Shown here piece by piece: positions 35,641-37,755 of a stretch of DNA of 37,755 nt (position 1 is its first letter; each line of letters begins with the position of its first letter). A model generated the notes under the pieces. That model searched no databases. It worked only from the letters and a program-made list of their open reading frames with translations, and was not told the DNA's origin. Source of the DNA: a bacterium (GTDB lineage: Bacteria; Zhuqueibacterota; Zhuqueibacteria; Oceanimicrobiales; Oceanimicrobiaceae); assembly GCA_046758365.1 (NCBI GenBank), contig JBHIAC010000017.1, forward strand, positions 1 to 37,755, written 5' to 3'. The position numbers were made by a program, and so were the translations under genes.

Positions 35641-37221
35641 ATGAAGAAGATAATATTATTCAGTCTGGCGGTGCTGCTTGTTGCAGCGGTAGCATTTCTG
35701 GGCTGTCAGAATTTAAATACTCAGAACCTGAATGCGCCAGATGAGGAACGGTCTCTTGCTGAACCAAAAGATGTTGAGTCTTTAATCGCCGGCTCATTTC
35801 TGACCTGGTTTCAAGCCGCTCAGTGGGAATACCCGAGCATGGCCCTGGCTACGACTTCGGATGTGTATTCCTGCTCGTGGGGTAACTTTGGCATGCGAGA
35901 CTTATCCTCTGAGCCGCGGGTAAGATTTGAGAATACGGTATCATATAGTAATAAAAGTGTAATTGAAAATCCCTGGTTTGGTTGTTACAGTGCTATATCC
36001 GCTGTGAACGATGGTATCAGAAATATCGAGAGTGGCAAAGTGGATTTAGGCGACGACAATGAACGTGCTCTGGCATTTGCAAAATTTGTGCAAGGACTTG
36101 CACACGGGTTTTTAGCTGTCATGTTCGACAAGGCGTTCATCTTTGATGAAACGGTTGATCTCGCTACAGACGTTTTGGAACTCCAACCCTATACTGAGGT
36201 CATGTCAGCGGCTATCCAGCAGCTAAGCAAGGCCATTGAAATTTCTGATGCAAACAGTTTCACCTTGCCAGAGGGCTGGATCCGTGGGCTGACATTAAGC
36301 AACACCGAGTTGTCGCAAGTAGCCCATTCCTTCATTGCACGTTATATGGCTTTAGTAGCGCGTACTCCAACCGAGCGTCAAAACGTTGACTGGAGCGCGG
36401 TTACAACCCATGCCAATCAGGGCATAACCACGGATTTTGCTCCTTTTGGTGATGGGGCTGATCAATGGTGGAGTGCTGTACATTGGTGGGCACCGCAATA
36501 TGGCACCTGGCTGCGCGCCGACTATAAACTAATCGGGCCTTCCGATGAATCTAGTGGGTATGCAGACTGGCTTGCAACACGCGTCGATGATCGTGATGAA
36601 TTCGAAATGGATACACCGGACTTACGTATCTGGGATCAAACGCGTGCTGATGATGGAACCCAGAATCCCGGAAGCCAGTTCAGATATACAGATCCATCTC
36701 CTTTCCCCGTAGCTCGTGGATCGTATCACTTTTCACGCTATGGACATGATCGTTTCGCAGACTACGTCGATGGTGGTGGTGAAGGTCCAATGGTCATATT
36801 CCGGGTAAGCGAACTCGATTTCCTTAAAGCTGAGGCTATGCTGCATACGGATGCCGAGGGAAATAGAGCCCAAATTGAGGCTCTCATTGATAAAACACGC
36901 GTCACCGATGGGGGCTACATCCCTGCGTTAGCGGCAGGTGCACCGGTAGGTACCATCAATGATCCGCCCGATCCTAAGACTGGTGCCAGCCTTTGGTCCA
37001 TGCTGAAATATGAAAAACACATTGACTTATTAGGCACGTTTTCCGGATTAGGATTCTGGGACAGAAGAGGCTGGGGTGAACTCACTACTAAGACCATGCT
37101 TCACTTCCCAGTTCCAGCCCAGGATTTGGAAACTCTGCAGCTCGATCTTTACACCCACGGCGGTGGGGAAGGAGATTCGGCTCCGAAGCTTAATACAAAC
37201 CATTCAGCACGAGTGAATTAA
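35641..37221 (+). CDS. susD: SusD/RagB-like nutrient-binding lipoprotein
   Basis: Lipobox FLGC, position after susC, and motifs ELDFLKAEA, YEK, WDRRGWG.L, FPVP. Confidence 0.85.
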   Translation: MKKIILFSLAVLLVAAVAFLGCQNLNTQNLNAPDEERSLAEPKDVESLIAGSFLTWFQAAQWEYPSMALATTSDVYSCSWGNFGMRDLSSEPRVRFENTVSYSNKSVIENPWFGCYSAISAVNDGIRNIESGKVDLGDDNERALAFAKFVQGLAHGFLAVMFDKAFIFDETVDLATDVLELQPYTEVMSAAIQQLSKAIEISDANSFTLPEGWIRGLTLSNTELSQVAHSFIARYMALVARTPTERQNVDWSAVTTHANQGITTDFAPFGDGADQWWSAVHWWAPQYGTWLRADYKLIGPSDESSGYADWLATRVDDRDEFEMDTPDLRIWDQTRADDGTQNPGSQFRYTDPSPFPVARGSYHFSRYGHDRFADYVDGGGEGPMVIFRVSELDFLKAEAMLHTDAEGNRAQIEALIDKTRVTDGGYIPALAAGAPVGTINDPPDPKTGASLWSMLKYEKHIDLLGTFSGLGFWDRRGWGELTTKTMLHFPVPAQDLETLQLDLYTHGGGEGDSAPKLNTNHSARVN

Positions 37222-37259
37222 GCACACAAGAAGTATATTCGTTTGTTGTTTGTTTGTAC

Positions 37260-37300
37260 AAGAAAGGCTATCATAAATATTTATGATAGCCTTTCTTTTT
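37260..37300 (+). terminator. Intrinsic terminator
   Basis: Perfect 38-bp palindrome at 37260-37297 running into a T tract. Confidence 0.85.
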
Positions 37301-37334
37301 AATTATTCATTTAATAACTTATGGGAAATTAACA

Positions 37335-37755
37335 ATGCTTAAGTCAATATACTCTCTATTTTGGTTATTGTTCTTGATACTCATATATATTGGTTGTGCC
37401 GGTTCAGCTTCTGGAGAAAAAGCGCGCCAGCAGAAAAATTACCGGGCCACCATAGGGATCACCTATGAGCCCGAATTCTATGGGGTCTTGCAAACTATTC
37501 TAGTTAGTAAATATCAGTACTTAATATCTAGAACTGAACAGAGCTCCAGAGAAATTTACTTTGAAACCTCATGGAAGGATCGACCACCGTTTGAGGATGA
37601 ATCTGAGACCGGAATAATTGGGGCACAGACCAGATTTATCATCCGGGCTAAGGCACGGCACGCAGGCCAATATAATATACATCTCTATGCTGAAACACAA
37701 GTGCTATATGAAAGTAGTGAGAAATGGGAACCAGGCCCATTAAGCAAAATGCTTC
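37335..37755 (+). CDS. Hypothetical lipoprotein, truncated by the window end
   Basis: Open frame MLKSIYSLFWLLFLILIYIGCAGS... with no stop before the window end; lipobox YIGC. Confidence 0.8.
   Translation, partial: MLKSIYSLFWLLFLILIYIGCAGSASGEKARQQKNYRATIGITYEPEFYGVLQTILVSKYQYLISRTEQSSREIYFETSWKDRPPFEDESETGIIGAQTRFIIRAKARHAGQYNIHLYAETQVLYESSEKWEPGPLSKML

Overview
Bacterial window with an AT-rich backbone. The gene style (TonB-dependent receptors, SusC/D, GWxTD, CRTAC1) suggests an FCB-related lineage such as KSB1 or Calditrichota; this is inference only. From left to right: two divergent TonB-dependent receptors and two tandem paralogous beta-barrel proteins; an M14 carboxypeptidase whose propeptide seems to be encoded as a separate tandem-domain lipoprotein; a ~15 kb all-minus-strand cluster; CRTAC1/ASPIC-UnbV, TPR and GWxTD genes; and a sigma54-type susC-susD pair followed by a truncated lipoprotein gene. 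The 15 kb cluster is bracketed by ~97-bp direct repeats that each contain a promoter. It encodes a polyprenyl-phospho-arabinose pathway (HAD-UbiA, DprE1, DprE2), a GT-C glycosyltransferase, four alkaline-phosphatase-superfamily enzymes lacking the sulfatase CxPxR motif, a small ribbon-helix-helix protein that shares the enzymes' C-terminal LxxLGY tail, and a DUF106/EMC3-TMCO1-like (Oxa1 superfamily) membrane protein. This cluster is the best candidate for an undescribed system, probably for envelope arabinosylation and decoration with its own insertase-like protein. Intergenic DNA holds several REP/MITE-like repeat families. No rRNA, tRNA or CRISPR array was seen. All family assignments come from motif recognition by eye, without database searches.
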